Below the pieces are notes generated by a model. That model was given only the letters and a program-made list of their open reading frames with translations. It was not told the origin of the DNA and searched no databases. A stretch of 64,000 nt of DNA from Anaerolineae bacterium (GTDB lineage: Bacteria > Chloroflexota > Anaerolineae > UBA2200), in NCBI GenBank assembly GCA_041549915.1, contig JBFEPU010000001.1, positions 1,138-65,137 on the forward strand. The letters are read 5' to 3'. This document shows, piece after piece, positions 9,562 to 19,900 of the stretch. The stretch's first letter is position 1; each line of letters starts with the position of its first letter. The translations under genes and the position numbers were made by a program.

Positions 9562-9939
9562 ATGATGCGCGTCGTCTTGGTGGGCATATGCGGCAGTGGC
9601 AAGACGGCTCTAGCCCGGCGCCTAGGTCGCCTGGGATATGAAGTGCGTGAGTGTGGCCAGGAGCACTCGGAAGTCCCTCACATGTGGCAGGTCATCTCTC
9701 AGCCTGACATTCTCATCTATCTGGATGCCAGCGAACCTGTCGTCGAGCGTCGAGGACAGCGACATTATGTGAAAAATCACTGCGAGACACAGCGACGGCG
9801 TTTGGCGCACGCCCGGGCCCACTGCGATCTCTACATCATGACCGACGACCTAACCGAATCGCAGGTGCTGGAGCTGGCGCTCGATTTCCTCACTCATTAT
9901 GTACCCCAAAAGACGCTGCATTTGACAGACAATTCGTGA
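9562..9939 (+). CDS. Small P-loop NTPase (NMP-kinase-like Walker A GICGSGKT)
   Basis: 125 aa. Walker A VVLVGICGSGKTALARRLG and a Walker B-like DILIYLDASEP. SD GGAGG 6 nt upstream. Too short for a full NMP kinase. Confidence 0.5.
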   Translation: MMRVVLVGICGSGKTALARRLGRLGYEVRECGQEHSEVPHMWQVISQPDILIYLDASEPVVERRGQRHYVKNHCETQRRRLAHARAHCDLYIMTDDLTESQVLELALDFLTHYVPQKTLHLTDNS

Positions 9940-9944
9940 TTGCC

Positions 9945-9950
9945 TATAAT
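9945..9950 (+). promoter_or_regulatory. Candidate -10 (TATAAT) upstream of secD
   Basis: TTGCCTATAATGCTGCG, about 85 nt upstream of the secD ATG. Confidence 0.35.
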
Positions 9951-10034
9951 GCTGCGACGTAGAAAGCGTGCTTGCCACACCCATGGCGGGTGTGGCTATT
10001 ATTTGCCTCTCCAGGGCTTTGGAGGAAGAACTCG

Positions 10035-11504
10035 ATGCAGCAACGTGACGTGACTCTGTTGATGCTCATCATTCTGCTGACCGCTGCGGCAGCCTGGGTG
10101 GTGTGGCCCAGCAGCCCAGGTCTGCACATTCATCTCGGGCCTATCGGTATCGATCGTGACATCAAGGTGTACCGCGGACTCGACCTGCAAGGAGGGATGC
10201 AGGTCGTACTTGAGGCCGACATGCCCGCAGGGCAGCAAGTGGACGCTGACAGCATTGGCGCTGCAAAGACGATCGTGGAGAATCGAGTGAACAGCCTGGG
10301 CGTGGCGGAACCGCTCGTGCAACTGGCAGGCTCCAACCGCATCGTTGTCGAGTTGCCCGGCATCACCGACCCCGAGCTGGCCATCGACACCTTGCGGGAG
10401 ACGGGCCTGCTGGAATTCATAGACGCCGGCAACACCTTTCTTCCTCCTGGCACAGAGGTGCGAACGAGTTTCAGCGAGACTGGTGAATTCGGCATCGAGA
10501 CGCCGACGCCAGAGCCCACCGCGACTAGCACGCCATTGGCCACAGCAACGCCCACTCTCACTGCCACGGAGGTCGTTTCGCCCACGGCTGCCGCCGAGAC
10601 AGAGCCCGCGCCCACTCCCGAGACACGCCTCTTTCGCACTGTTATCACCGGCCAGCATCTGGAAGCGGCGCAAGTTGGACAGGACGAATACGGTCGGCCC
10701 CAGATCGATTTCAAGCTCACCAATGAGGGGAGCGGAATCTTTGCCGAGCACACGCAGGCCAATGTCGGCCGCTACCTGGCCATTGCCCTGGACGGCGTGA
10801 TCATCTCGTCTCCGCGCATAGAGACTGCTATCACGGAGGGTGCGGGCCGGATCAGCGGCGACTTTACGCTTGCCGATGCGCGTAGCCTGGTCATCCAGCT
10901 ACGCTACGGTGCACTACCTGTCCCCTTGAAAGTGATCCAGGTCCGCACCGTTGGCCCTACTCTGGGCCAGGACTCGGTGGCCAAGAGCGCACGGGCGGGC
11001 GTCATTGGTGTTGTGATTGTCCTGCTTTTCATGGTGGTCTACTATCGTTTGCACGGCCTAGTGGCTGACATCGCACTGCTCATCTATGGGCTGGTCACGT
11101 TCGCCTTGTTCAAGTTGATCCCGGTGACATTGACCTTGCCTGGTGTGGCAGGCTTTCTGTTCTCGGTCGGTACTGCGGTCGATGCCAACATCCTGATCTT
11201 TGAACGCCTGAAGGAAGAACTGCGCCAGGGGAAGCTGTACCGTTCAGCCATCCAGGCTGGGTTCAATCGCGCCTGGACGTCCATACGTGACTCTAACCTT
11301 TCCACACTGATTACGTGCGCCATCCTCTATTGGTTCGGCTCCAATTTTGGCGCGAGCATGGTCAAGGGGTTCGCGGTTACACTATTCCTGGGCGTATTCG
11401 TCAGCATGTTCACCGCCATCACAGTCACGCGCACAGTCATCCGTCTGCTATATGCCATTGGTGGTGAAGATCTGCGTGACAGCAAGTGGCTGATCGGACT
11501 CTAG
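10035..11504 (+). CDS. secD: Protein translocase subunit SecD
   Basis: Large periplasmic loop followed by the conserved C-terminal six-TM block (VIGVVIVLLFMVVYYRL...ILIFERLKEE). Start at the ATG at 10035 (MQQRDV), preceded by GGAGGA. Confidence 0.85.
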   Translation: MQQRDVTLLMLIILLTAAAAWVVWPSSPGLHIHLGPIGIDRDIKVYRGLDLQGGMQVVLEADMPAGQQVDADSIGAAKTIVENRVNSLGVAEPLVQLAGSNRIVVELPGITDPELAIDTLRETGLLEFIDAGNTFLPPGTEVRTSFSETGEFGIETPTPEPTATSTPLATATPTLTATEVVSPTAAAETEPAPTPETRLFRTVITGQHLEAAQVGQDEYGRPQIDFKLTNEGSGIFAEHTQANVGRYLAIALDGVIISSPRIETAITEGAGRISGDFTLADARSLVIQLRYGALPVPLKVIQVRTVGPTLGQDSVAKSARAGVIGVVIVLLFMVVYYRLHGLVADIALLIYGLVTFALFKLIPVTLTLPGVAGFLFSVGTAVDANILIFERLKEELRQGKLYRSAIQAGFNRAWTSIRDSNLSTLITCAILYWFGSNFGASMVKGFAVTLFLGVFVSMFTAITVTRTVIRLLYAIGGEDLRDSKWLIGL

Positions 11505-11547
11505 AATCAACGGTCCAGGGGCATCGCTCCTGGCGTGGGGAGGACCT

Positions 11548-12477
11548 ATGACAGACATTGTCGGAAAGCGACACTGGTATTTCCTGATCTCGGCCTTGGT
11601 CATCATCCCGGGGCTGGTGGCGATGGGCATCTCTTTCGTGCGCTTTGGCAGCCCCCTGCGTACGAGCATTGATTTCACCGGCGGCGCTCTGATGGAATTG
11701 GCCTTTGAACAGGAGGTACAACCAGGTTTGGTGCGGCAGATTTTCGTTCAGCGCGGCTACGGGGATACGGTCGTACAGACGACGCTGGATGAGAAGACGG
11801 TGCTGATCCGTTCCAAAGAGCTCAAGGAAGGCGAGAAAGCTGAGATTCAAGCCGAGCTGCAGGACAGCTTCGGCCCACTGACTGAGCTGCGCTTCGATCA
11901 GGTCGGTCCGACCGTTGGGCGCGAGGTCACGCGGAGTGCGACGCTGGCCATTGCAGCAGCAGCGATCGTAATCATGGCGTTTATCATCTTCTCCTGGCGC
12001 AAGGTGCCCCATGCGTTGCGATATGGCATCTGTGCCACCGTGGCAACACTGCACGACGTGCTGGTGACGATGGGCATCTTCTCCATCTTGGGCCTGCTCC
12101 TGGGCTGGGAGGCCGATGCCCTGTTTCTCACGGCGATGCTCACCATAACGGGCTTTTCGGTGCAAGACACGATTGTCGTGTTCGATCGCATCCGGGAGAA
12201 CATCCCCAAGAGGCGCGGAGAGCCCTACGAACAGATCGTCAACCGCAGCCTGTTGGAGACGGTGCACCGCTCATTGGCCACACAGTTGAACGCAATCTTT
12301 ATCCTGGTGGCAATCCTCTTCTTTGGTGGGGCCACGATCCAGCAATTCATAGCCACCTTGCTGGTGGGGCTCATCAGTGGCACGTACTCGTCCATCTTCA
12401 CCGCGGCACCGCTGCTTGTGGTTTGGGAACGGGGCGAGATTCGCCGCCTATTTCGGCGTTCTCAGGCGCGGGTGTGA
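11548..12477 (+). CDS. secF: Protein translocase subunit SecF
   Basis: 309 aa. SecF signature (FTGGALMELAF...GISFVRFGSPL...IVVFDRIREN). Sits immediately after secD. Confidence 0.85.
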   Translation: MTDIVGKRHWYFLISALVIIPGLVAMGISFVRFGSPLRTSIDFTGGALMELAFEQEVQPGLVRQIFVQRGYGDTVVQTTLDEKTVLIRSKELKEGEKAEIQAELQDSFGPLTELRFDQVGPTVGREVTRSATLAIAAAAIVIMAFIIFSWRKVPHALRYGICATVATLHDVLVTMGIFSILGLLLGWEADALFLTAMLTITGFSVQDTIVVFDRIRENIPKRRGEPYEQIVNRSLLETVHRSLATQLNAIFILVAILFFGGATIQQFIATLLVGLISGTYSSIFTAAPLLVVWERGEIRRLFRRSQARV

Positions 12478-12500
12478 CCCCTCCCCCGCAGATTACCGGA

Positions 12501-12534
12501 GCCCGGTTCCATGCGAGCCGGGCTTTTTGTTTGG
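12501..12534 (+). terminator. Rho-independent terminator after secF
   Basis: GCCCGG-TTCCATGCGAG-CCGGGC stem-loop followed by TTTTTGTTT. Confidence 0.6.
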
Positions 12535-12665
12535 CCTCCGATCCCGAGCACCCTGGTGATCCTGTCAACAGCATGTGCTGCACGATAGCTGCTCAGCTTT
12601 GAGGCCAGAGCCAGCCGGCTGCACAGGTCCGGCGAGACATGTTTAGCAATCCGTGGCGAGAGCAG

Positions 12666-12671
12666 TATAAT
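12666..12671 (+). promoter_or_regulatory. Candidate -10 (TATAAT) with TTAGCA -35-like element 17 nt upstream; SD AAGGAG precedes the ADH start
   Basis: ...GTTTAGCAATCCGTGGCGAGAGCAGTATAATCG...AAGGAGCGCTGGTATG. Confidence 0.4.
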
Positions 12672-12700
12672 CGAGTCCAGCAGTCACAAGGAGCGCTGGT

Positions 12701-13651
12701 ATGCGTGCCCTGGTGTATGACGGTGAGCTGACACTGAGGACCGACCATCCCCAGCCCGTGCCGCCTCGCGGAGAGGCTCTCGTGCAAGTTAGTCTGGCGG
12801 GCATCTGCAACACGGATCTCGAGATTATGCGCGGCTACATGGGGTTCAAGGGCATCCTGGGACACGAGTTTGTGGGGGTGGTTGAGTGCTGTGAAGATCC
12901 AAGCCTTGTCGGCCAGCGGATAGTCAGCGAGATCAACTGCTCCTGCGGAACGTGCCCCACTTGTCTGGCAGGTCGCCCAACACACTGTCCGCAACGCACC
13001 ACTTTGGGAATCTGGGGACGGGATGGGGCGATGGCCGAGTATTGCGCAGTGCCGGCGCGGAATCTGCACGTTGTGCCCGACAGTGTTTCGGACGAGCAAG
13101 CCGTGTTCACGGAACCACTGGCAGCAGCTCTGCAGATCCTAGAGCAGGTGCATCTGCGACCCACAGAGCACGTTGTTGTGATTGGCGATGGCAAGCTGGG
13201 CTTACTGGTAGCGCAGGTGATGCGCCTGACGGGCTGCGATCTGCTCGCTGTGGGCCGACACTCAGAGAAACTGGCCATACTCGAGCGGCAGGGGATACCA
13301 ACGCGCCTGGCCAACAATAGCCTCGAAATCCAGGCGGACGTGGTTGTCGATTGTACGGGCACCCCGGATGGTTTCGCTTCGGCCCGGGCCATGGTAAGGC
13401 CCCGGGGAACCTTGGTGCTGAAAAGCACGTTTCAAGGACAGAAAGAGGTAGACCTGACCTCTCTTGTTGTCGATGAGATCAAGCTGGTTGGTTCTCGTTG
13501 TGGACCTTTTGGGCCAGCCCTGCGCTTGCTGGACCAGCGCCTGGTAGATGTGGAACCACTGATCACAGCTACGTATCCCGTCGAAGAGGGTATAGTAGCA
13601 TTCGAGCAGGCGGGGGCGAACAGCAGCATCAAAGTCGTGCTGCGCCCCTAG
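12701..13651 (+). CDS. Zn-dependent alcohol dehydrogenase, MDR superfamily
   Basis: GHEFVGVV catalytic-Zn motif. A structural-Zn Cys cluster CSCGTCPTC. Rossmann GDGKLG. Confidence 0.8.
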   Translation: MRALVYDGELTLRTDHPQPVPPRGEALVQVSLAGICNTDLEIMRGYMGFKGILGHEFVGVVECCEDPSLVGQRIVSEINCSCGTCPTCLAGRPTHCPQRTTLGIWGRDGAMAEYCAVPARNLHVVPDSVSDEQAVFTEPLAAALQILEQVHLRPTEHVVVIGDGKLGLLVAQVMRLTGCDLLAVGRHSEKLAILERQGIPTRLANNSLEIQADVVVDCTGTPDGFASARAMVRPRGTLVLKSTFQGQKEVDLTSLVVDEIKLVGSRCGPFGPALRLLDQRLVDVEPLITATYPVEEGIVAFEQAGANSSIKVVLRP

Positions 13652-13664
13652 GAGAGAGTGGGCA

Positions 13665-16241
13665 ATGAGAAGACCAGTGCTTCTTGCCGGGCTGTTGGGG
13701 CTTGTTATGGCGCCCCTAGCCGCAGCCTGCACCCCAGCCGCTCCGACATCCATAGTCACACCGCATGCCAGACCCTCCACACAAGCCCCTACTGCTGTTC
13801 CTTCACCTACGGCGACCCTCGCCCCTTCACCTACACAGGTCGCAAAGCCACAGGCCGTGCGTGAGGTCACCTTGCGTGCACTGCCAGGTGTTGGCCGCGC
13901 TCCTCAGGCCATTGCGGTGTTGGATGGCATCGTCTATGTGGCGAATCGTACGACACACAACGTCTCCGTGATCGAGGGCGACAAGGTTATTGACGTGATT
14001 GAGGTAGGTAACGCACCGGTCGCCATCGCCGCCGATGAAAGAACCGGTTTGGTGTACGTCGCCAACGAGGGCGATGACTCTATCTCCGTGATCTCTGGCA
14101 GCAGAGTGGTCAGAACAGTGCCCGCACCCCACAACCCAGCCTGTCTCGCAGCTCTCGACGGTCGACTATACGCAGGCGGGCGCGGCGAGAGCACCTTGGC
14201 TGTACTCGACGGATTCTCCGGCGTGCAGATTGCCACAGTGGCGCTCAGGGCCCGGATCGGCATCCTGGCTCTGACCGTGAATCCGGCAAACGACCTGCTC
14301 TATGCGAGTGTCTACAGTGGTGTGGAAATCGTGCATCTGGAGGATCTGAGCATCGTTGGCAGTCTGGAGCGTGAGGTCTATCGGACCCTGGGAGCGGATC
14401 CCGTGTCAGGACGCCTCCTGGTCGGCGAGTACGATGCCGAGTCCAGGGAACAATACTTGGTCGCCTATGATGCCTTGGGACAGAGAGAACTGGGCCGGGT
14501 GCCAATCGGCGGTGACCCTCGCGGAATAGCCGTAGACGCTGAGGGCGGTCGCATCTATGTGACCAACTCGTGGACGAACGACGTTTCGGTGATTGACGCG
14601 CAGAATCTGCAGCCCGTAGCCACCATTCCTGTCGGCCTCAGGCCTCTCGACGTGGCGGTGGGCAAAGAGGGCGTTGTATACGTCGCCAACTCGGGCAGCG
14701 ACAATGTCAGCCGTATCCATGGCGAGAGCAACCGCATGCTCGGTGTGGTGCCCCTGGGCTTGCTGCCGGCCGGGATGGCCATCGACCCAGAGACTGGAGA
14801 TGTGTACGTCGCCAGCCCCAGCACAAACAGCATCTTCGTCTTGAGCGGTGAGAAGGTGGTGAGGGAGATACCGGCAGGGCTGCACCCTTCCGAACTGGCC
14901 CTGAGCCCAGACGGTGAGACCTTGTTCGTGTTGAACCTTGTGGGCGGCGACCTAATGGCCATCTCCACGCCAGATAAGAACCTAGTCCGAACAGCGGATA
15001 TCGGGATACTGCCGCGAGGCCTGGCCCTTGTGCCCGAAGCGGGCCAGTTGTACGCTAGCGACGCGGTGCTGGACGCAGACAGCCAGCAACTATTGCGGCG
15101 CACTCAACTGCTAACGATCTACCGGTCCGAGGTCAAGCCCGCTCACATTCAAGTGGATCCGCGAGCTGGTCGCGCCTACATGGTGGCTTCAAACGGTGTG
15201 CCAGGCTCCAATAGTGGCTTGATGGTCTATGTGATAGACGTGAGGACCGGTGAGCGGATTGAGGGTCAGGTGGGCGGCCTGAGTATGTCTGGCCTGGCGC
15301 TCGATCCTGCAAGTGGGCGTATCTTTTCCACGGCCGGGCGATTTGGTCACTACGAGCTGATCGTCAACGATGCCAGCAGCCTCAGACGTGAGGCTGCGCT
15401 CGATCTACCTAGGTACCCAGCAGCGATCGCTTACAACCCAGTGACACATCACCTCTTTATCTTCCTGACCTACAGGGCTGCAGATGTCGAGCCAAGCTCT
15501 GAGATGCTGGTGTTGGATGGCCGTGGACTGGGCACTGTGGCTCGCTTTGAAATGCCAGGCCAACGGGCAACTGGTGAGGAGTACCACCTATCCGTTGATG
15601 CCAGACAAGGCTATGTCTACCTCTCCGACGCTCAGCGTGGTACGGTGCATGTACTGCGCGATGCCACACTGCCACCACCTCCAAGCCCCACACCTACCGA
15701 CACGCCGACACCATGGCCCACACTGACAGCGCAACTCGAACCCAGCCGCACTGCCACCTTGGCCCAGGAGACAACCTGCACACAACTGCCGGGCCCGCGG
15801 TTCGAGGCGTACTGGTCCCGTGACAGGACCCTGCGCCTTGGCCTGGGTTGCGCGACGCAGGAGATGCAAAGCGTGTTCATGGCCGAACAGTCTTTCGAAC
15901 GGGGCCATATGATGTGGCGTGAACCAGACCGCACCGTCTTCGTCCTTTACATCGACGGCGTTTGGCGTAGCTTTGCCGACCGCTGGCGGGAGGATATGGC
16001 GGAATACGGCTGCGAAGCCACCCCTCCCGGCAGCATGCTGCAGCCAAAGCGCGGCTTTGGGCTGGTCTGGTGCGTGGAAGAAGGCGTCAAAGAGGGGCTC
16101 GGCTGGGCTCTAGACGAGGAGCAGGGCTACACCAACGAATGGCAGACCTTTGAACGCGGCGAGATGATCGTCTCGGGTGCCGCGCAGGTCATCTATGCCC
16201 TCTTCGCGGACGGCACCTTCCTGGAATACCCGGTGCGTTGA
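13665..16241 (+). CDS. Lipoprotein with ~14 YVTN-type beta-propeller repeats and an unclassified Cys-containing C-terminal domain
   Basis: Signal peptide with LAAAC lipobox-like Cys. Pro/Ala/Thr-rich linker. Repeated ...YVANxxxxxVSVID... units. A second PT-rich linker (PPPPSPTPTDTPTPWP), then a ~180-aa domain carrying 4 Cys. Confidence 0.7.
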   Translation: MRRPVLLAGLLGLVMAPLAAACTPAAPTSIVTPHARPSTQAPTAVPSPTATLAPSPTQVAKPQAVREVTLRALPGVGRAPQAIAVLDGIVYVANRTTHNVSVIEGDKVIDVIEVGNAPVAIAADERTGLVYVANEGDDSISVISGSRVVRTVPAPHNPACLAALDGRLYAGGRGESTLAVLDGFSGVQIATVALRARIGILALTVNPANDLLYASVYSGVEIVHLEDLSIVGSLEREVYRTLGADPVSGRLLVGEYDAESREQYLVAYDALGQRELGRVPIGGDPRGIAVDAEGGRIYVTNSWTNDVSVIDAQNLQPVATIPVGLRPLDVAVGKEGVVYVANSGSDNVSRIHGESNRMLGVVPLGLLPAGMAIDPETGDVYVASPSTNSIFVLSGEKVVREIPAGLHPSELALSPDGETLFVLNLVGGDLMAISTPDKNLVRTADIGILPRGLALVPEAGQLYASDAVLDADSQQLLRRTQLLTIYRSEVKPAHIQVDPRAGRAYMVASNGVPGSNSGLMVYVIDVRTGERIEGQVGGLSMSGLALDPASGRIFSTAGRFGHYELIVNDASSLRREAALDLPRYPAAIAYNPVTHHLFIFLTYRAADVEPSSEMLVLDGRGLGTVARFEMPGQRATGEEYHLSVDARQGYVYLSDAQRGTVHVLRDATLPPPPSPTPTDTPTPWPTLTAQLEPSRTATLAQETTCTQLPGPRFEAYWSRDRTLRLGLGCATQEMQSVFMAEQSFERGHMMWREPDRTVFVLYIDGVWRSFADRWREDMAEYGCEATPPGSMLQPKRGFGLVWCVEEGVKEGLGWALDEEQGYTNEWQTFERGEMIVSGAAQVIYALFADGTFLEYPVR

Positions 16242-16304
16242 GCCTTATCGCGACGCCTCTTGGCGTTGATTTCGCGCCAGATCGGCGAAGCATTTTGCTG
16301 GCGC

Positions 16305-16898
16305 ATGCCTGATTCTGAAAGGGAGATGATGAAAGAAACCCACATACGCGTAGGGATCATTGGCCCAACGGACATTTACGTGACATCAGAAAGCGCCGGC
16401 CTTGATCCAGCCGCTTGTGAACGTATGGCCAGTGCGGCGGGGGAGAACCTGGCCCGCCGCGGCTACGAGTTGGTTGTGGTGCCCGACCGCGGCGTAGGGC
16501 TTTTGGCTGCCCAGGCCTACCATGCCGCAGGCGGCCGCAGAGTGATCGGCATCATCCCACATGGTGGAACCTCTGCACAGGCAGCTTCGAGTCGCTGTGA
16601 AGAGCACCGCCACCTGTGCCACGAGACAGTGGAAGACCTCACCTGGACAGCCCAGCATGAGCGCATCTGCCAGATCTCGGACATCCTGTTGTGCGTCGGC
16701 CTCAGCTGCGGCACCATGTCGGAGATTGCGTGGACCAAGTGGGTGGGGAACACTCCCATCGTGGTGATCGAGCCGCTGGTGAGCGGGATTCCGCCAGAGA
16801 TCCAGGCAGAAATCGCCCTGCATTTGGTGAGCGGGTTGGAAGGCTTCTTTGAACTGCTGAGCGAGATGAACTTAAAGCCCGGCAATGGCGCAGGCTAG
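16305..16898 (+). CDS. SLOG/LOG-like Rossmann-fold protein (TIGR00725-like)
   Basis: GLSCGTMSEIAWT resembles the LOG/SLOG PGGxGTxxE motif, and there is a Gly-rich Rossmann N-terminus. The track start at 16260 is TTG, 19 nt after the upstream stop. The ATG at 16305 or the ATGATG at ~16327-16332 is more plausible. Confidence 0.45.
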   Translation: MPDSEREMMKETHIRVGIIGPTDIYVTSESAGLDPAACERMASAAGENLARRGYELVVVPDRGVGLLAAQAYHAAGGRRVIGIIPHGGTSAQAASSRCEEHRHLCHETVEDLTWTAQHERICQISDILLCVGLSCGTMSEIAWTKWVGNTPIVVIEPLVSGIPPEIQAEIALHLVSGLEGFFELLSEMNLKPGNGAG

Positions 16899-16965
16899 AC
16901 CCCAGGCCAGCGTTGACCGTTCAGTGTCTCGTCGGCATGCGGGACAAGATAGCAGCACTCCTCCG

Positions 16966-19900
16966 CTAGCCCATCCAAACCTGAACCTCGTGTTGTTTGC
17001 CATCTCCCAGAAGCGGGATCTTGGCTCCAGGCAGATCCCCACCATCCAACGAAACCTGTTTCACGCCGCGGTTGACCGCCTGGGGATTCATTATGCGGAT
17101 GTGATAGTGCGTTCGTCCGTCACGGTATCTGATGCTGTACTCAGACCATTCCCTGGGGACGCACGGTTCGAAGTAGAGAACGTCGCCCTCCCGCCGGAGC
17201 CCCAGTATCGCCTCGAGACCTACACGGTACATCCACGCGGCTGATCCGGTATACCAGGTCCAGCCACCCCGCCCAAGGTGCGCAGGATTGCTGTAGATGT
17301 CGGCAGCGATCACATAGGGTTCCACCCTGTAACGGGCGACGCGCTCCGGTGTCGCGCTGTGGCCGATGGGGTTGAGCAAACGGAACAGCGCCTCGGCGCG
17401 ATCTCCTTGGCCCAGCAGCGCAAAGGCCCATGTGGCCCACAGGGCTGCGTGCGTGTACTGGCCACCGTTCTCACGGATGCCCGGCGGGTAACCTTTGATG
17501 TAGCCGGGATTCGGCTCGCTTCGGTCAAAAGGAGGCGTGAACAGAAGCAGAAGGCGCTCCTTTTCACGCAGCAGATTCTCCCACACGGCTTCCATTGCCG
17601 GTTCTGCGCGCTGGGCATCTGCAGCGCCAGAGAGAACCGCCCACGATTGGGCAATCGAGGCAACCTGGCACTCGAGATTCTGGGCGGATCCCAAAGGCGT
17701 GCCATCGTCGAAGTAGGCTCGCAGGTACCAGCCTCCGTCCCATCCGTGCTCTTCGAGGGCCTGGCGCAGGTCCTGCGCCCGCTCTCGGCATTCAGAAGCC
17801 CGGTCCCCATCGCCCATGAGCTCACAGAGCGGAGCAAAACGCTGCAGATTCGCGTACAGGAACCAACCAAGCCAAACACTTTCGCCCCGGCCGTTGACGC
17901 CAACCTGGTTCATGCCGTCGTTCCAGTCCCCGCTGCCCATCAGCGGCAACCCGTGCGGCCCTGCTGTGGACCCCTTGTCCAGGGCACGGCAGCAGTGCTC
18001 GTACAGACTCTGTGCCTCGGTGGTCACTTTGTAGTGGCCATAGCGCTCGACTTCTCCCGCCTCCAGCGGATCGCCCCTTCGGAAGGGCAACTCCTCTCTG
18101 AGAACAGATTCGTCCCCAGTGCATTCCACGTAATGCGCGGTGACAAAGGGGAGCCATAAGAGGTCATCCGCATACCGTGTACGCACCCCGCGCCCTGACG
18201 GCGGGTGCCACCAGTGTAGCACGTCTCCTGCCTCGAACTGGTGCCGCGCCGCCCGCAGGATGTGCTGGCGGGCAATCTCAGGTGCAGCATGCGTGAGCGC
18301 CATGACGTCCTGCAGCTGATCGCGGAATCCGAATGCGCCGCTGGACTGATAGAGCGCGGAGCGTGCCCATACACGGCATGACAGTGCCTGGTAGAGCAGC
18401 CAGCGGTTCAACAGCAGGTCGATGGTGGGTTCCGGTGTCTCAACTTGGACTGTGCTCAAGAGGTGGTCCCAAGAATCGTTAACGGCTTCCCAAGCCGCAT
18501 CTACGGCGGCCGCATCCCGATGGTTTTCGACGAGCCGCAGCGCTTCATCGTAGTCTGCTCCCTGGCCGAGCAGAAAGAACACCTCCGTGCTGTCGCCGGG
18601 AGCAAGGTCAACATGAATCTGGGCTGCGGCGCAGGGATCGAGGCCAGGCTCGACTCTGCCTGACAGCCCTAGGCGCCTCAGCGCTGCCGGCTGTGCCATG
18701 TCGCCTTCTCGTCCAAGGAACTCCGTGCGATCACAGGTCAGACCGTGCAGCTCTTTGCTTGCGGCGACAAAAGCGACCCGCTCACGGAACTCCTCGCTAT
18801 AGGTGTTGCGTGCCAGCAACAGATTGCGGCTAAGATCAAACTCAGGCACAATGTACTGCTGCGTTCCTTCCCTGTTGGTGCCCAGCACCCACTCGGCATA
18901 GAAGGTGGCGGTTATGCGCCGGTAGCGCTCTAGCAAGTTCTCCAGCTTCAGCTGGATGATCTTCACAGGCCTGTCCGGAACAGCGAACAGTCGCAAGCGC
19001 TGGCAGAGCCCATGGCTGCAATGCTCGAAGATGGAGTAGCCGGCCCCGTGCCGCACCAGGTACGGAGCAGATGCGCGAGCTGGCAGCGGCGTCGGAGACC
19101 AGACCTCACCAGTCTCTTCATCCCGCAGGTAGAGCGCCTCGCCCGGAGTGTCGCTTACAGGATCATTGCGCCACGGCGTCAGCCGGTTCTCGCCACTGTT
19201 CTCTGACCAAGTGTACCCGGAGCCGGATTCGGACACCAGGAACCCGAAGCTCGCATTGACAATCACGTTGATCCAGGGAGCTGGAGTCCAACCATCACGC
19301 TGCAAGTAGATGACGTACTCACGCCCGTCAGCGCCAAACCCGCCCCGGCCGTTGTCGAACAGAAGATCCTGGGGTCGCTGCACTGCTGGTGTTGACTCCG
19401 CAACCTCCGCTGCCTGGTCCCCAGACAGACTGGGGACCAGGTCGGGCAATCCAGCTGGCACCACTTCGAGCCTGGCCAACTGATCCCCCAGGGAACCCGC
19501 ATTCCCGCGCAGGATAGCGCCGGCTGCGGTTTGCAGCAGCGTGCGGCTACCCTCATCAAGTTGGTCAGCGCGGAGCACGAAAACGCCGCCCCGTCTGTTC
19601 ATCCAGTTCTCTCCACCAGTGCGCGCGATTAGGCGGTGCACATAGCTGTGCAATTCGTCGGCATAGCCAGTCTCCCGCTCATTCAGAATGACGAGGTCAA
19701 CTTTCAGCTGACGCTTCCTCCAGTAGGCATGGGCACGAAGCACCTCATAGAGAAGGTCGGCCTCATCGCGGTCGCGAATGCATATCAGAAGGATCGGGTA
19801 GTCCCCAGAGATAGCGTAGGGCCACAGACTGGACTGGCCTTGGCGGTTGCCCGCCAGCGTGCTCGGATCGGCGCGCAAGCCACTGTGCGAGTACAGCAGA

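Noticed and set aside
10130-10762. 210-aa minus-strand ORF
   Set aside because: It lies entirely inside secD on the opposite strand, and the Ser/Val/Ala-rich translation is spurious.
17278-18159. 293-aa plus-strand ORF and other ORFs inside the 8.6-kb gene
   Set aside because: All are embedded antisense or out-of-frame within the Cgs-like gene, whose own frame is uninterrupted for 2859 codons.
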